Shown here: positions 1 through 13,300 of the stretch, piece after piece
How positions within the stretch are numbered: position 1 is the stretch's first letter
How the letters are laid out: the number at the start of each line of letters is the position of its first letter
Origin: Phoronis australis
Lineage: Eukaryota > Animalia > Phoronida
Direction of reading: 5' to 3'
Assembly: GCA_002633005.1 (NCBI GenBank)
Contig: NMRA01000267.1
Span: 242,286-306,285 of the forward strand
Length of the DNA: 64,000 nt
Notes under the pieces: model-generated
What the model was told of the DNA's origin: nothing
The model's input: the letters and a program-made list of their open reading frames with translations, nothing else
Databases searched by the model: none
Translations under genes and position numbers: made by a program

Positions 1-14
1 GTGGTAACGGAAAA

Positions 15-650
15 ATCTCGCAAACAAGTCTTCTCGAATGCAATCCAAAGGGACTCCAATACTATCAATCGGAGCATATCTTTGTTACAAAATGTGGAGA
101 ATTACGCAAAACGACGATTATTATATTATTTTTTGATAAAACGTCGGTAACAGACAAGGTGAGTGTCGGTTGACTCCCAGATTTATCATGCACCCCGCCG
201 GTTTTTAGCTCTACATGTTGATATAAGTTTCACGACGAGGTGATGAACAACTACCGGGTTGTGTGAAATTTCGAGGTCTGTCGGAGCTCAACACACAGTG
301 GTACCTCGCTGTATTTTGACGACAGTCTTCATACAACTAGCTGGCTGACTAGAAACCACTGTGTGTTAAGCTCCAGTAAACCTCAAATTTTCACACAGCC
401 CGGGTAGTTCAGCTCGTCACCTCGCCGCGAAACTTACATCAACATGAAGAACAAACAACCGGCGGGGGTGCATCCAACATCTGGGAGCCGACCGACACTC
501 TCCTTGCCCTTTGTAGCCGTTTAAACGTAAGACAATCTAATAAACGACACTTTCTTACACAATCATCCGCCTTTTGTAACAAAGAAAAGTCTATCGTCCT
601 CTTCAAAACAGTACGCTCGTCACGCACACGCGCGACATCTTTCGAGAGAT
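15..650. mobile_element. Fold-back (long imperfect inverted repeat) MITE-like element
   Basis: Left arm segments (tctttgttacaaaa; gagtgtcggttgactcccagat; tgcaccccgccgg; gagctcaacacacagtgg) are reverse complements of right arm segments (ccactgtgtgttaagctc; ccggcgggggtgca; atctgggagccgaccgacactc; ttttgtaacaaaga). Centre near 330; outer ends uncertain. Confidence 0.75.
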
Positions 651-1236
651 GATGGCAGCTTCGCAGCAGCAAAGTTTGTTTTAAATTCGTTTCGCTGTTA
701 CAAAAATACTAAAACATATAACGAAGTGGAACCAGTTAAGATAACTTGTTGTGAGGAGTACGTAACCTCGAGGAAGAAGAACAGTTGATTGAAGAAACTG
801 ACCAATAGATGACGCTATATTTCATAGCGCTGAAAGCCGACGCATACAAGATCGCTCCACAATTTATGCAGCACAATAACGACAGAACGCCAATTTTCTA
901 ACACCGGAAAGCAGAGTTTAGTTTTAAATGACTAATTTTATGTCAGATTTTATTTTTTCCCATATCGACACAAAGCTGTATATTTAGTGTACAGCTTTGC
1001 ACCAAGGCTTAGTAAATACTTGTTACCCGCAGGTCTATTACCTACTCCCAACTTATGCTGGGTCAACTGCTGTACACCTGCAGCTGATGTCTGTTGTGTT
1101 AAACCAATGTGAAGTTTTACCAGAGCTGTCGTAAATTTTGATACGAATCCATAATTTCTTGCGCGAGGACATCATACGTGGGGCAAATCTGTTCTCCGTG
1201 CCGTTGGGAATCATACGTGTGAGACTAGGAGTTGAG

Positions 1237-1323
1237 ATGAGCTCTGGGTATAACGAGCTTGTGAAGTACGAGCCACCAAATTGGGCAAAGAAGCTGCGAG
1301 GAATTCCAACGCATCGTGTGAAG
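1237..1323 (+). CDS. D-cysteine desulfhydrase-like exon 1 ([29 protein letters not shown])
   Basis: ATG at 1237, donor AAG|GTGAGG, phase 0 matching exon 2. YxPPxWA..L..IP resembles N-termini of eukaryotic family members. Linkage across the 16.6-kb intron is inferred. Confidence 0.8.
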
Positions 1324-4300
1324 GTGAGGACATCACGTGTACGCGATGGTGTCGGGTTAATCGTTTTGTAAAAATATTTTATTGTTGCTTTGGTGTTTAC
1401 CAGTCTCGCTTAATCAGCCCTGTTGACACCGGGTGCCCATTGGTAGTGTGGCAAACGGTGGAGGCTGTCAATCTCATCAGACTTACAGGCCTGCATTATC
1501 GACATGTTTGTATACCCGACGAGTGCAAACCTGCGATAACCTTGATTTTATGTCTCACATTTTAACACCGTTACTTTAAAATTCGAATATCTAACGTGTA
1601 CTCCGGCGATGGCCTCATTTAGATCACCTTGCTGGTTGGCTGCCCGTGTTGACTGACCTATTTCAGCAACTATCATAATACATTTGGCTTCAGGCAACAA
1701 TGCTCTTCGATCCACTCTTTTCTAATACGACCACTGGTGAGTCTTTCGTTGATTTCTTCGTCTTTTGTATCTAGGTTAGACTGGCATGTTTTTTTTTGCT
1801 GTGACGTACAGACGTCGTCTGCAAGTCAATTTTGTGTTTACATGGCTAGGGGTTCGTTTCTAGAACATTAGCTTTTCTTTGATCAGTTGTGGGAGGGAAC
1901 ATTTTCCCCATTAGAAAAGCTTTTAGACTTTTTTTCGTAAATATCTGCACTGATTCTACTGCTGGATGTCATTGTGCACCCACATGATCAAAGTTTCATA
2001 GCAACAGTTCAATAGTTTCTTTGTTGGGTGGTAATACAGATCGACAGAGTATGGTGGCTTGGATACTTTAAACCTGGTTTAGGCCATGGGCCGTTAGGCC
2101 AGGGGCCGTTAGGCCAGGGGCCGTTAGGCCAGGGGCCGTTAGGCCAGGGGCCGTAGGCCACAGTAGGCCTAGAAAACCACTTCTGTGACCATTTTAGGGG
2201 TGCAACTTAATTCAGGTGTTTTTGATGTCACAAATCATTGTACTTTATGAATAAAAAAAAGTTCCCACGTTTAAACTTGCACATTTTTGTGAAATTTGAT
2301 GTTACAATTGTGCCGATTCAGCAAATCTTACATGGAATTAAAAAAAGTTAGAAAAGAAGAAAATTAAGCGTCCATAAAGGATAATACTGCAGATAATATT
2401 CCTACTGGCTGTATTCAGTCATAATGAATGCAAACTTTGTTATATTTTTCAATTAAAACGTAGAACTATGGAAGAAATATGAATTTATGGGAGCCACCTG
2501 TTGGTGAAATATGGAACTACCATTCATAGTGTTTTATGCGGTTTTTACTGTTGGTGAAACTATAATTATCAAACTGTCTATGACTCACTTTTATTTTATC
2601 ACACATCTACTAATCTATCTTACAAAAACAATCACTGCTACAAGTCCAAAGCATACAATTTTTCAAAAAATGATGACAAAAAGTATAGAATAGCAACAAA
2701 TGCAATTGGATGAAGTACAAAATGCCGAGAAATTAACAAGATAAAAAGCCAGTACTTGAGATGTAAATATGAAAATAGAAAAAATGTTTCACAAATCACC
2801 AGGCTCACTGGACCAATACTAGCCTGGTTTCTGTCTCTTGATGAGATGTCTATCCAAGGTCCTCCGTCTGGGATGCAAGTCCATCACACTGTTACTCATC
2901 ATCTGACTCAATTTCATAACTAACTTTGACATTCCCACAGTTTTGGCACTTGCACATTTCAGTGCATTTTAGTCCAGCATTTACAGAAGAACAAATGTTT
3001 GTTTAACAACAATTTACTCTGATTCAGTTTTGAACTAAGGAATTGTAGAATAGGGTAAATTCTCTGTAATTTCAATTTCAGATTTCTAGTTCAGACACAT
3101 ACATTACAACTTCTTTTGGATAAAGTTTCCTCGAGGAGTGACTTTAACAGAGTCAAATGCAATATTTCCCCATGCGAGATTATTCGTTGCTCCATAACTT
3201 CAAAGCAAAACTCTTGAAGTACATCTGGGAAAATTTCACTATCGTTAGATTTCTGTTTTGTCATTAGTCTTGTGAAGCTTTTGTAGCAAGAACAATGGTA
3301 TTTGACTTCGAGTGCTACCGGATCTCTTCCCTGTGCTGTGATCAAAAGGTCCATGCCATTTAGTGCCATAGCAGCATCCAAAAACAACCCACCTACAACC
3401 AAGCAAATTAAAAATAAAAGCTTTTATCAGAGCTTAAAAATATGGAAAGCATTGTAGGCCTGTCCTACAAAATGATAGATGTTGACATGTACTCAATTCT
3501 TTATTACAAGAACTGAATGGAAGTACAAAGAATGATCAAATGACAGATAGTAAACACTCAAAATAAGACATGCATATAGACGGCCTAGCGTTTTGTGCTC
3601 AAAAGTGAAAAAGATACCCATGGGTTTGTATGCAAAATGGTCTTGAAAAACAATTTTTGTTTGAAAGTTAACATACAATATGCACACAAGTCTTTACAAT
3701 CATGCAAGGATTCTAAATTGTACTTTCACTCAAATAAATTTTGTTATTTCAAAAAACACATAAAAGTAGAACTTTGGAAGATAGTGTTCCAACAACACTG
3801 TACAAAATTACTTTGAAAGCAAACCAACAACAAACTATGTTGAATGAGAAAAAATGACTGTTCTCAAAATATGTGCTTTGTTTTTCTTCAACCATATGTG
3901 TGAAGCTGCACCTACATCTGAAATACAGGCACCTATGCACTTTTTAGCAAAACCTGAGAGTAAAAGTAGCTTGAAAATGTTAAAGGTGGTGCTCTAGATA
4001 AAGGTGCATTCTGTAGTCAATAATTACATTATAGTAGAACTAGTTAAACTAAAACGACGAGCGTCGGTAGTAAAATATATTAAAATATCCCCAAGATTTG
4101 AGCGATGCGCTCTTTGTCAAGGGTGTGCTATGGACTGTTTTATATTTTTATTCATCGGTAACCGCACGGCATACCAACATCTATTTGATTTCAATACGGT
4201 ACCGTAATCACATTGAAGGCCAATCACCTGGGCCCAGGGTGTAATCTCCAAACTCAGACTCAAAGCCTAACTATCCACAGTGCACAATTCAAGAATTGTG

Positions 4301-7300
4301 GCATGCAATTGGTCAGTTTTCGAGCTGAGCTTCGAGTATGGAGATTACCTCTCCCGCATCCCTGGACATTACAAAAAGTATAATTTTGATAGATATCTTA
4401 CTCCATGCCCAGAGTTATGGTTACAGAGAAAATAACAAGGTGCCCTGAAGAAAATGGTCATCTTGTTATTGGATTATGTGCCCTACCTACATTTGAATGC
4501 CATCACACGGGCCGATTATTCAGTGAATTATCTGGATGATCGATCCAAACACAAGCAGGCCAGACACAGAATCCAGGGAACACAGTCTTCTTACGAGTTT
4601 TGCATATGAGGGTTTTCCAGTCAGTTCGTACCAGTTCGTACCTTAGCCAACTCGCACCCAAGTCAACTCATACTCGTGCTAAAAACATTACTAATAAATT
4701 TTTATTTTCATTCACCAAATAACGGGTAATAGTGAGTCGTTTTGCATAAATATGGCACGATTGATTGATTTTAATCACTGCTTTGCCAAATTACATAGTT
4801 TTGAAATACTTTTGAAATTTGACTTGGGTACGTGTTGATTTGGGTATGAAGTGACCTGTTTCCTACTGAGGCACTGACTCGGTGACTTGCATCAATTTAT
4901 CATACTCCCACGAAAAATTTAACACTCACCATCATCTTGGTCGTAATCAGGGTGTTCTATTCGCGGCATACTTTACAGTTTCGCAATCTTTCCTCTTTGC
5001 TCTTTCAATCTTTGTAACGCCAGTAAGCTTGTATAACATGATTTGTGATACTACTGCCTGAAACCCACGGCCATTTCAATCCCTGAAATTTCTTGATGCA
5101 AATGCCAACTGGTGACACACATTGTGCTCATTACTGTCTTCATCTCCAAGGGAAAGTCATTCTTTCACACAGTCAATGCTCTTTGCCCATGTCACTTTCG
5201 AGAAACTCAACAAATCAGATGAATTTAGTGCTTGAAAGGGTATGCAGCATTTATTGACAGCATCTCTACGGGAGCCGCCATGTTAGATTAGGTCTGCAGT
5301 TACTTAATTTCTGAACTTGTGATTGGCTAAAATGCCATCTTGTGCTAGTCTTTTTTTGGATTTAGCGCTACCTCTTGTTGAATAATGTAACATTTGGACT
5401 CACAAAAACTGTTTTTCTACAAAAAATGTGCAACTTAAATCGTGGGAACTTTTCAGGTATCAATTGCTTGATGGTATATCTAGCCATACAGAAAAAATCA
5501 AGTTGCCCCCCCCTAAAATGGTCACAGGATGAAAAGACTGGAGCTACGGCCCATGGCCTAATTTTACTAAACCCATTCCCTTGTCTAAGAAAACTAGGCT
5601 TTCAGACTTTTAAACCACGTGAGTAAAATGCAAGTTAGGTATAAAATTAGACCAGATTTAGGAAGACCAAGTTTAAGTCTAAAACTTGGTTTTTTAAACC
5701 ACCTTTATGAAATCGGTTGCTTGGATGGCGATTTCGGTCTAGGTTAAGAAAGAAAAACTTTCATGAAGCTGGTCCCAAGCCTTCGTTTATGGTTTCTACA
5801 CCATGTATTTGGTCACTTTACAAATATCTGCGACGTACGTCATTCGTTCCGAGACGATGAAATAGACCCTCGCAACAAGGCAACACGGCTGTCTTACGCA
5901 ACCGAAAGAACAAACGAAGATACTGTGAAGAATGGGTCGTAATCATGAAGGCAGTCAGGAGATACTTACCTCAGTTGCTGTCGCAAAGACTCTTTGCAGA
6001 CGATACAATTTGTTACAACATTGCTGATTCGGCCGCTGACAGAGAGGCTCTGTGGGAGGACAAGTGGCTAAATATTTGGGCATCAGCATCTCGCATGACC
6101 TCAAATGGTAATCCCACTTAAGCAACATTCAGAAGAAAGCAAATAAATTTCCGGGCTTTCTTCGGCGAAACTTACGTATAAGCAGCCAGCGATGTAAGAA
6201 GTTTGCATACAAAACAATGGTTTGACCCACCTTGGAATACTCCTCTACTGTTTGGGACCCTTATACCCAAGAAACCATTGCTGCTGTAGAGAAAGTGCAG
6301 AGGAGAGCTGAGTGTTGGGTCACGAGAATGTTCAATCGTGTATCCTCTATTGGCTCAATGTTCGAAGCCCTAAAGTGGTCCACCCGTAGCCACAGACGCA
6401 AAATCTGTCGGCTGAAAATGTTTTACAAATATGACAAGAAGTCGGTGATCCTCAACTCTGATGTTGCCCCTATAGCAGATCTTACTGTCTCAGGCGTCTG
6501 TACCAGAAGGTCGTCCAACTATAGCATTCCAATAAATAGGACAGATTACAGAAAAAAGACATTCTTTCCTAGAACAGTCGCGGGCTGGAGTAGCTTGCCG
6601 GGCTGCATTTCATCAGTCCCTTCTCTTGATATCTTTGTCAGCAAGCTTTTTGCCTTTCTGAAGTAACAATGTGGGATGGTAGTACCACTCACGCCTCACA
6701 GTTCTATGCTGGTGTTAGTATAATACTCATCAATAATTGAAAACCACCTTACAAATGGCAACTGAATCAAATATATACCAACAACCTTAATGAAAACTAA
6801 GATAAAAACAGTGTTTTACGTACGCAAACACCCATCCTCAACGATGCAGTGACCTCATTTGGCCATGCAGTCAAATCCTTACCACCGGGTCCTAACCGTG
6901 TTACATTTTGTCATGATAAGCAAGTGAAATCGTTAGTAGTTATAACAAGTTTTGTCTTATGATATTCTTTTATCAATTCAATGAACTTATGATTTTATTT
7001 TGTTTCTGGCCAAGATATGAGTACGAACTCTAAAATCGGAGCAAATGTAAACAACGACGTTGTATTAATCGACGTTTCAGTTTGTTGTCACTAAACCATT
7101 CTCAAGACAAATGTTCAGTCAGATAACATTGGTTTATTGGGGACAAATGAAACAACAAGAATAATATATATTTTAAATGTATTGGTAATTTCAGGGTCAC
7201 AGTTCTACAAATAAATATTTCACAGAATTTCAAGAGATTAACATACACATTTACGATATTCAATGTGTAATTGAGTATCGGATACTAAATGGCACAGGTT

Positions 7301-10300
7301 AGCATAGTACCAAAGGGGTACTTAATACCAAATGGGTATTGGCCGATTGCCTACTAAGTGGATCGAGCAAAACGGCAAATTCAATAACAAGTACCAAATG
7401 GGTACAAACTGCCAAATGGGTAAATATCGTATAAAGTACCAAGTGGGTACACCAAACAGCCAACTGGGCTATAACAACCTGCAGGTTCCGGACAAGCTGA
7501 GTTAGCAGACCAGCCGGAGTGACAAAAAGAGATATTGTAAGGAACGTGGTGTTGTGGCTCAGTATGTGCCGAGAGTTGTGACAGGGGTGGAGAGAAGCAA
7601 GCTGCAGTGATGGGCGCTCGAGTACAGGTCGGGTCGGTAGCAAATGACGTCGATTCGGGCTTGACGGTAATACGCTCCGGGCTTGAACGAGGTACCAGCA
7701 GTGACTGTAAAAACAACAATAACCAACAGCAGATTTTGGTCGACAAAGGGGAGGGAACGTAAGAAAGGTATAAATCGGTTGAATTGAGATTTTGTGGGTT
7801 GGTTGAGGCTGGGCCAACAGGAAGCTGGAGAGAAAGAACAAACAGCGCTACCATCGGACTTAGTAGGAACTAACTAGGAGTTGAATACGAAGCATGGTAT
7901 TTGCCCAAATAATAGGATTTATGTCAGAGTGCCATAAATCCCATTATTTCAATTCCAACTGTTTTGATTTCTGGTCTCTCACCTCACAATGCATTTTGAC
8001 GTGTACCTGGTGCAGATTGTTCTCCACCTGTGTTTTCTCACTGGAATATTGTGAACATTTGTTGTTTACATATGCGCTGATTTGAAAATTAGTATTAATT
8101 CAAGGAAATTTTATAAAGTAATTATCTTCTTTAACACAGCGTCTTATTCTGATCGTCTGCTCAACTTACTGACCTCACATTTCAAAGTATCAGTACACTA
8201 TATATGTTAGCTTAATTTCAATTGTCTTTTTCGATCATCACACTTTCCGAAAATAGTTTAAAGTAATACAATTGCAGCAGTGTAAATAACACTCAGCACG
8301 CAACCAGGTCCCAATCGTAACATCTGGACCAGGAGTGTTGATTATATGACAGTTCTGTCACAGGTTTCAATTGCTAAATATTATATCGTCTGCAACTCAG
8401 GCGCCAATTCCTCGGTAACCTCAACATCAAACATTGTTGTTACTTAAGTATCAGTCCACGGATCCACCGACCACTGTACAGCCAACAAGCGGCAAGGTGG
8501 GGGGTCAACCATTCAGATCCGTGTTTAGTCGGATAAATCACATTAGGGATGCGAGAAAATGGGTGAAGTATGACACCACAAAGTTTGGTGGTTTAGGAGA
8601 TACAAGGGAAGTGTTCTGGGGGGCAAAATGAGGCAATTTCTGGGTGTGGAATGAGTCATTTTTGACCAAATTTTCTACTCCAGTTTCTACTTCAAACAGA
8701 ATCGTTTCTGAACAATTTTGATATCACATGATAGGTTCATGATCAATGTCAGTAAAACGGCACCGACACTGCAATATCGGTAACCATGGTAACACTCGAA
8801 CTGTTTCCGTGGAGGTACGTTTCCGTCTTGTGAAAAACCAGCAGTAAGCTGTACCCTTATAGCGAAGCTGCCCCCACGAGAAAACTAAAAATAATAACAT
8901 GAACATGTAGAACACTCCATGCCCTTGAAATTAATACAATAAAAACTTTGTCAGCCCTTCAGGCAGGCTTGGTAATAGGTGTCTGAATTTCACTATTTTC
9001 AGACCGCGTATGTGTATTTGTCATGTTAAACCAGTCACTAGTTGTGCGCCGTTTCTACGCATTAATATACCGTGGTATAATACAACAATTAAAACAATTG
9101 GTTTGCTTAAATGTTTTTAATTAATTTTAAGGACACTAGCATTTCCCAATAAAATATAAATTATACTAAATTTGTTCATCCAATTCGTCTGAATACCAAA
9201 CTAAAGCTTACAATGCGTTAGTTGAATGATGGCTGACCTAAAGTGCGGGTTTGCGAATTTATCTATTTATCTGGCACTGCCAGTCGCATCGAATGTGGTA
9301 TTTCTACAAATTGCGGAGAGAAACAACTTTGGAAACTCTAGGGAAATGCACAAGGTATAGAGCGAGACATTTGAGCACCTTATAAGAGTACGTGGAGCTG
9401 ATGTGGAGGTGGAACGTGTCCTCCTGAGTAGTCTGTCTCAGTGTCTGCCTCGGAGGCACTGTGTGCAGCAGGAGCTACATAATCTACCGTATTAGGTTCA
9501 CTTGCCCGAATCATCGTTACAACACTCGAGATATGTTGGCGTCGCCAAAGACACTTAGAACATCCACTGCACACTAGAGGAGAAATCTGATAGAGGTCTG
9601 AAAAATTACCAAAGACGTTTAAAGTCAAGGTTCAACGTCCTGCTTCGTGTGAGCTCAGGTAGGAATCACTAAACTCCAGGGTCTGACCCTGAGGAATATT
9701 TTTAGAAGCCCGTCATTCATGCAAAAATACTTTTATTGACACACCGTGATTGCTTATAACTTGGGCCTTATTGCTTAATCATATCTTATCCAAATGTGTT
9801 GATGTTTATGCAACTACATGTATACACTGGCATAGAAAATAAGGTTGTCATCATAACTTTTCATAACAACCACCAAATGTGTAACATGACTTCTGCCCAT
9901 GAACTACTTTTAGAGACTAGGGAGTATGTTTTGTCTACCAATGATTTTCTGCGATTATGAAGTTAATTAAACATGCTAAAGCCGTCAAAAATATTGGTGC
10001 CTTCACTTATTTTAGCTTGGTATTCATATTTTGTGAGCCGAAATGGCCACATTAAATTTAATATGTTTAATTTTTCATTAATACAATTTTAGGAATCAGG
10101 AAAGGCTTATGCTGAAGAAGTGGCTTCTGCTGAAGTTGGAGACTTGCCGATTATTAGTAAAGGTTGGGTATGGAAAATTTCACAACCAGCAAGAAGGTAC
10201 CCTTCTGGACAACTAAGTGAGGGGGCTAGAGAGAGGCCGTAAAGTCTACTCCCAGAAGATATGTCAAAGAGAATTTGTAGCTTGAGGAACGAGTCGGGGG

Positions 10301-13300
10301 AAAAAGTATTTGCCAAAGATTACTGGCTTATACCACAACAGGTCCAAAGTAATTTGTTGAGATAGGCCACTTTCAGCAAATGTGGGGAAACTGGGACAGA
10401 GGAAGTGGAGTATGCATTGAAAGAGGCAATCTGCGATTGTCAAGGATGTAGCATTGTAAAAATTCAAAGGGAGGAAACAGTACAGTGGCTGGACCTGTAA
10501 ATACTCTGGCTGATCTGCTAAATCCAGTGGGGGCATTATTGTATCAGCACAGCTGTGTAGGGAAGTAGGCTTGTGTGTTGTCGCAAGCTTTGTTTGCACC
10601 AGAACTGCTTGTGTGAACAGCACAAATCTAAAATTTACCTAGTCTAAGACTGAATTTTTGTCCAGGCACGGATCATGATCCTGGGCCACATGGTAATGGT
10701 ACATTGTTCATTTTGTTTAGCCACTGGATTTTTTGGTCTGACAGGATTTCTCAGTGTCGCCATCACATTTAGATGATTTCTGACCACTGTACTATTCCTT
10801 TTCCTTGAAGATGCGTAATTGATCTGAATTTATGTTTCCGCATTTTATTTACCATTATAGATTTTTGTTTGTAAATGGGTATATATTACTGAAATTTGAG
10901 ACCCTGTTGCAGTTAGGCTGGTTTTGTTAACTTATCTTTCTACCTGGGTTGTAAACCCATATTCTGTCCAGGAGGTAATAAGTTTTGATTTAGACCACTT
11001 ACCTCTATAAAATTTGCTCAGTTTGTTCCTTATCCAGATGGGAAGTGATTTCTGGAATTATAGCGAATTGACAGTTTGCTATTCCTTGAGACCATGCTGT
11101 GTGTATAAAATCACACACTATTAGTCTGGTCTCTAGCAATTGCATATTGCCAGATCTTTCAAAGTTCTGAAATTGCTCAAAAGTGACCTGGAAGTAATAC
11201 CTATTTCGTGATGGTAAAATGTCTAAATCAAAAGTTGTTTTATGTGATTTTAGGCGAGTTTATGTCCACTTCAAATGATTTTTTGTTGCAGTACTGAAAA
11301 GTATTGGCACATTAGCTCTGGTGGCTCCTTGTTTTTTTGGCGAATTGACCATTTTATGGTTCCCATGGGTAATTTTGTTACTGGTCTAGTATGTATGTAC
11401 AACTGTAATCGTAGGGCAATTGTAATGCAAACCATGTTGCAAAAGTATTTTTTCATGACCATTTCATTGTAAAATGCTGCCTAATTGGAACCGACAAGCC
11501 AATTTTTCATTTTGTGGTGGTTAGTTTTGATAAGAACATTGATGTGGTAAATACAGCTACCTCAAGTTTGTGAAGAAGAGATTTCCAGTGTTGTCAGCGA
11601 TATTGCGAAATCACTTTTTCGCAGTGAGACTACATCACCTTAAATGTAATTCCCTGACTTTATGAGCTTTGTGTGGTTGACTCTGTCCTGTAGCAATTAG
11701 AGTGTTGAAAAGATCTAGAAGGCAATTTTTTATTAGAGTCATAACATTTGCACTTTTGACTGTACAGTTATCTTTGCATTGTATTACGAAAACATATTTT
11801 GTAGTACACAAGTCTCTGGTTGGTATTTTATATTTTTTCACAAGGAATATTTTCAACTTAGATGAGTTGTCTGTGAGGTAGGCAATTTTCAAATAAGATA
11901 ATGAATAAAATTGTCAAACATTGTTTTATTTTTTAGATGTGTGATCTTCCAATAAGTGATTACTTTTAAAAAACCTGTGCAGAATTTGATTTTTACTCTT
12001 CATTTGAAGGAGAATAAATCCATAAACCTGCATTGTCTAGAAATTTTACTCAAACTACATATTACAGGGTTGGGGATTGGAATCTTAATACAACAGAGTC
12101 TGAACCCGTACCATGAGCAATACAACACAATACACGGATATAAAAATTTGGTGTTTAGGTTCCACGGAAAGGATTCGTGTGCGCGGTAATAGTTACTAAG
12201 GTGCGTGGTCATTGTTTGTGGATACTTTGGGATTCCTCTTCTGTGGTCATCCACGGGAAACCTGGTCGCATAGAGAACAATAGATTAGTATCTTCATTGT
12301 TTCCGTTGTTATAATAAAGATATAATGACGAGCACTTATCGGCAACGGTCTCAGTGATGTACGCAAGGTTCTATATCCATGCGACCTGTGTTGTTACATC
12401 CAACAATGACACAACAAAGGAAAACAATGATAGGACCGATGGGCGAAAAACATGCGACGAGTTGCCATGGACAGTGGTGGAGTTTGTCTTGTCATTCGAA
12501 TGTTTTTACAGAACTGCAAACCCGGTATTTCGTCAGGAAAATTTCTGCGGTCTTTTGTTTTAAGTCGTGGGAAAAATTGCGGTCATGCAACCAAACTTAT
12601 CCTTCATTTGATATTACAATGCATTGCATGAACATTTGATCAACAGAAAATCTGACTTGAATATGTGTGAAGAAATACCCATGAGGAAATTGCAAAGTAA
12701 AACAACTGTAAATCAAAATAACCTACATTTGTCGAGTTCATGTCTAACCCTGTTCACTGTGGAGGACATAATCGGCTTTTTACAAAATGGAGCCATGTAT
12801 GGTATTTAGGGGTACTATAGCCCTAAGTGATCAGTAGTAAAACGTTCAAAACATTCAGGAGGAACTAACTTGTTGCAAAATATCGAAAAACATGAAGGAC
12901 AATCGGATTTTACGGTGCTCACGCATCGATCTCAGATATATGAAAATTTCTCATTTTAGTACATTTGAGGTGCCAAAATATATAACTAATAAACTGGCTG
13001 ACAAAGTTTTTATTTTATGAAATGAAAGTAACATGTTTTGTCAACATTTTGGCTAAGTTTCATTCTCATAACAGTGGGGGCAGATTTGGTACAGCAGTGT
13101 ACTGAACACAACCTCAAAATGGCATAACGGGGGGCAGTGTAGTAAAACTACTAAATGAGGGTGGTAAATCGGAATCGTGTTTCAAGACATCTGTGTAACA
13201 ATCTACAGGCACCACTAAACAATGCCAAGTGAATAATAAATCAATAGCTTTCATTCAAGGAAAAATATGAACAGTTAAAACTGGACAGTTTTTATACCGT

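Larger units (their letters stand above)
2080..5560 (-). mobile_element. Academ DNA transposon, internally deleted/decayed
   Basis: TIRs TAGGCCATGGGCCGT...tgtgaccattttagggg and cccctaaaatggtcaca...ACGGCCCATGGCCTA. Minus-strand transposase remnants: [18 protein letters not shown] (3091-3402) and the C-terminal Cys cluster [22 protein letters not shown] (~2930-2995), both typical of Academ transposases. Confidence 0.75.

Noticed and set aside
2080-2154. Possible CRISPR array
   Set aside because: Contiguous 15-bp tandem units with no spacers, eukaryotic context and no cas genes.
7381-7383. Selenocysteine readthrough of the TGA in the YPFG frame
   Set aside because: Two TAG stops follow eight codons later, and no SECIS element was recognised.
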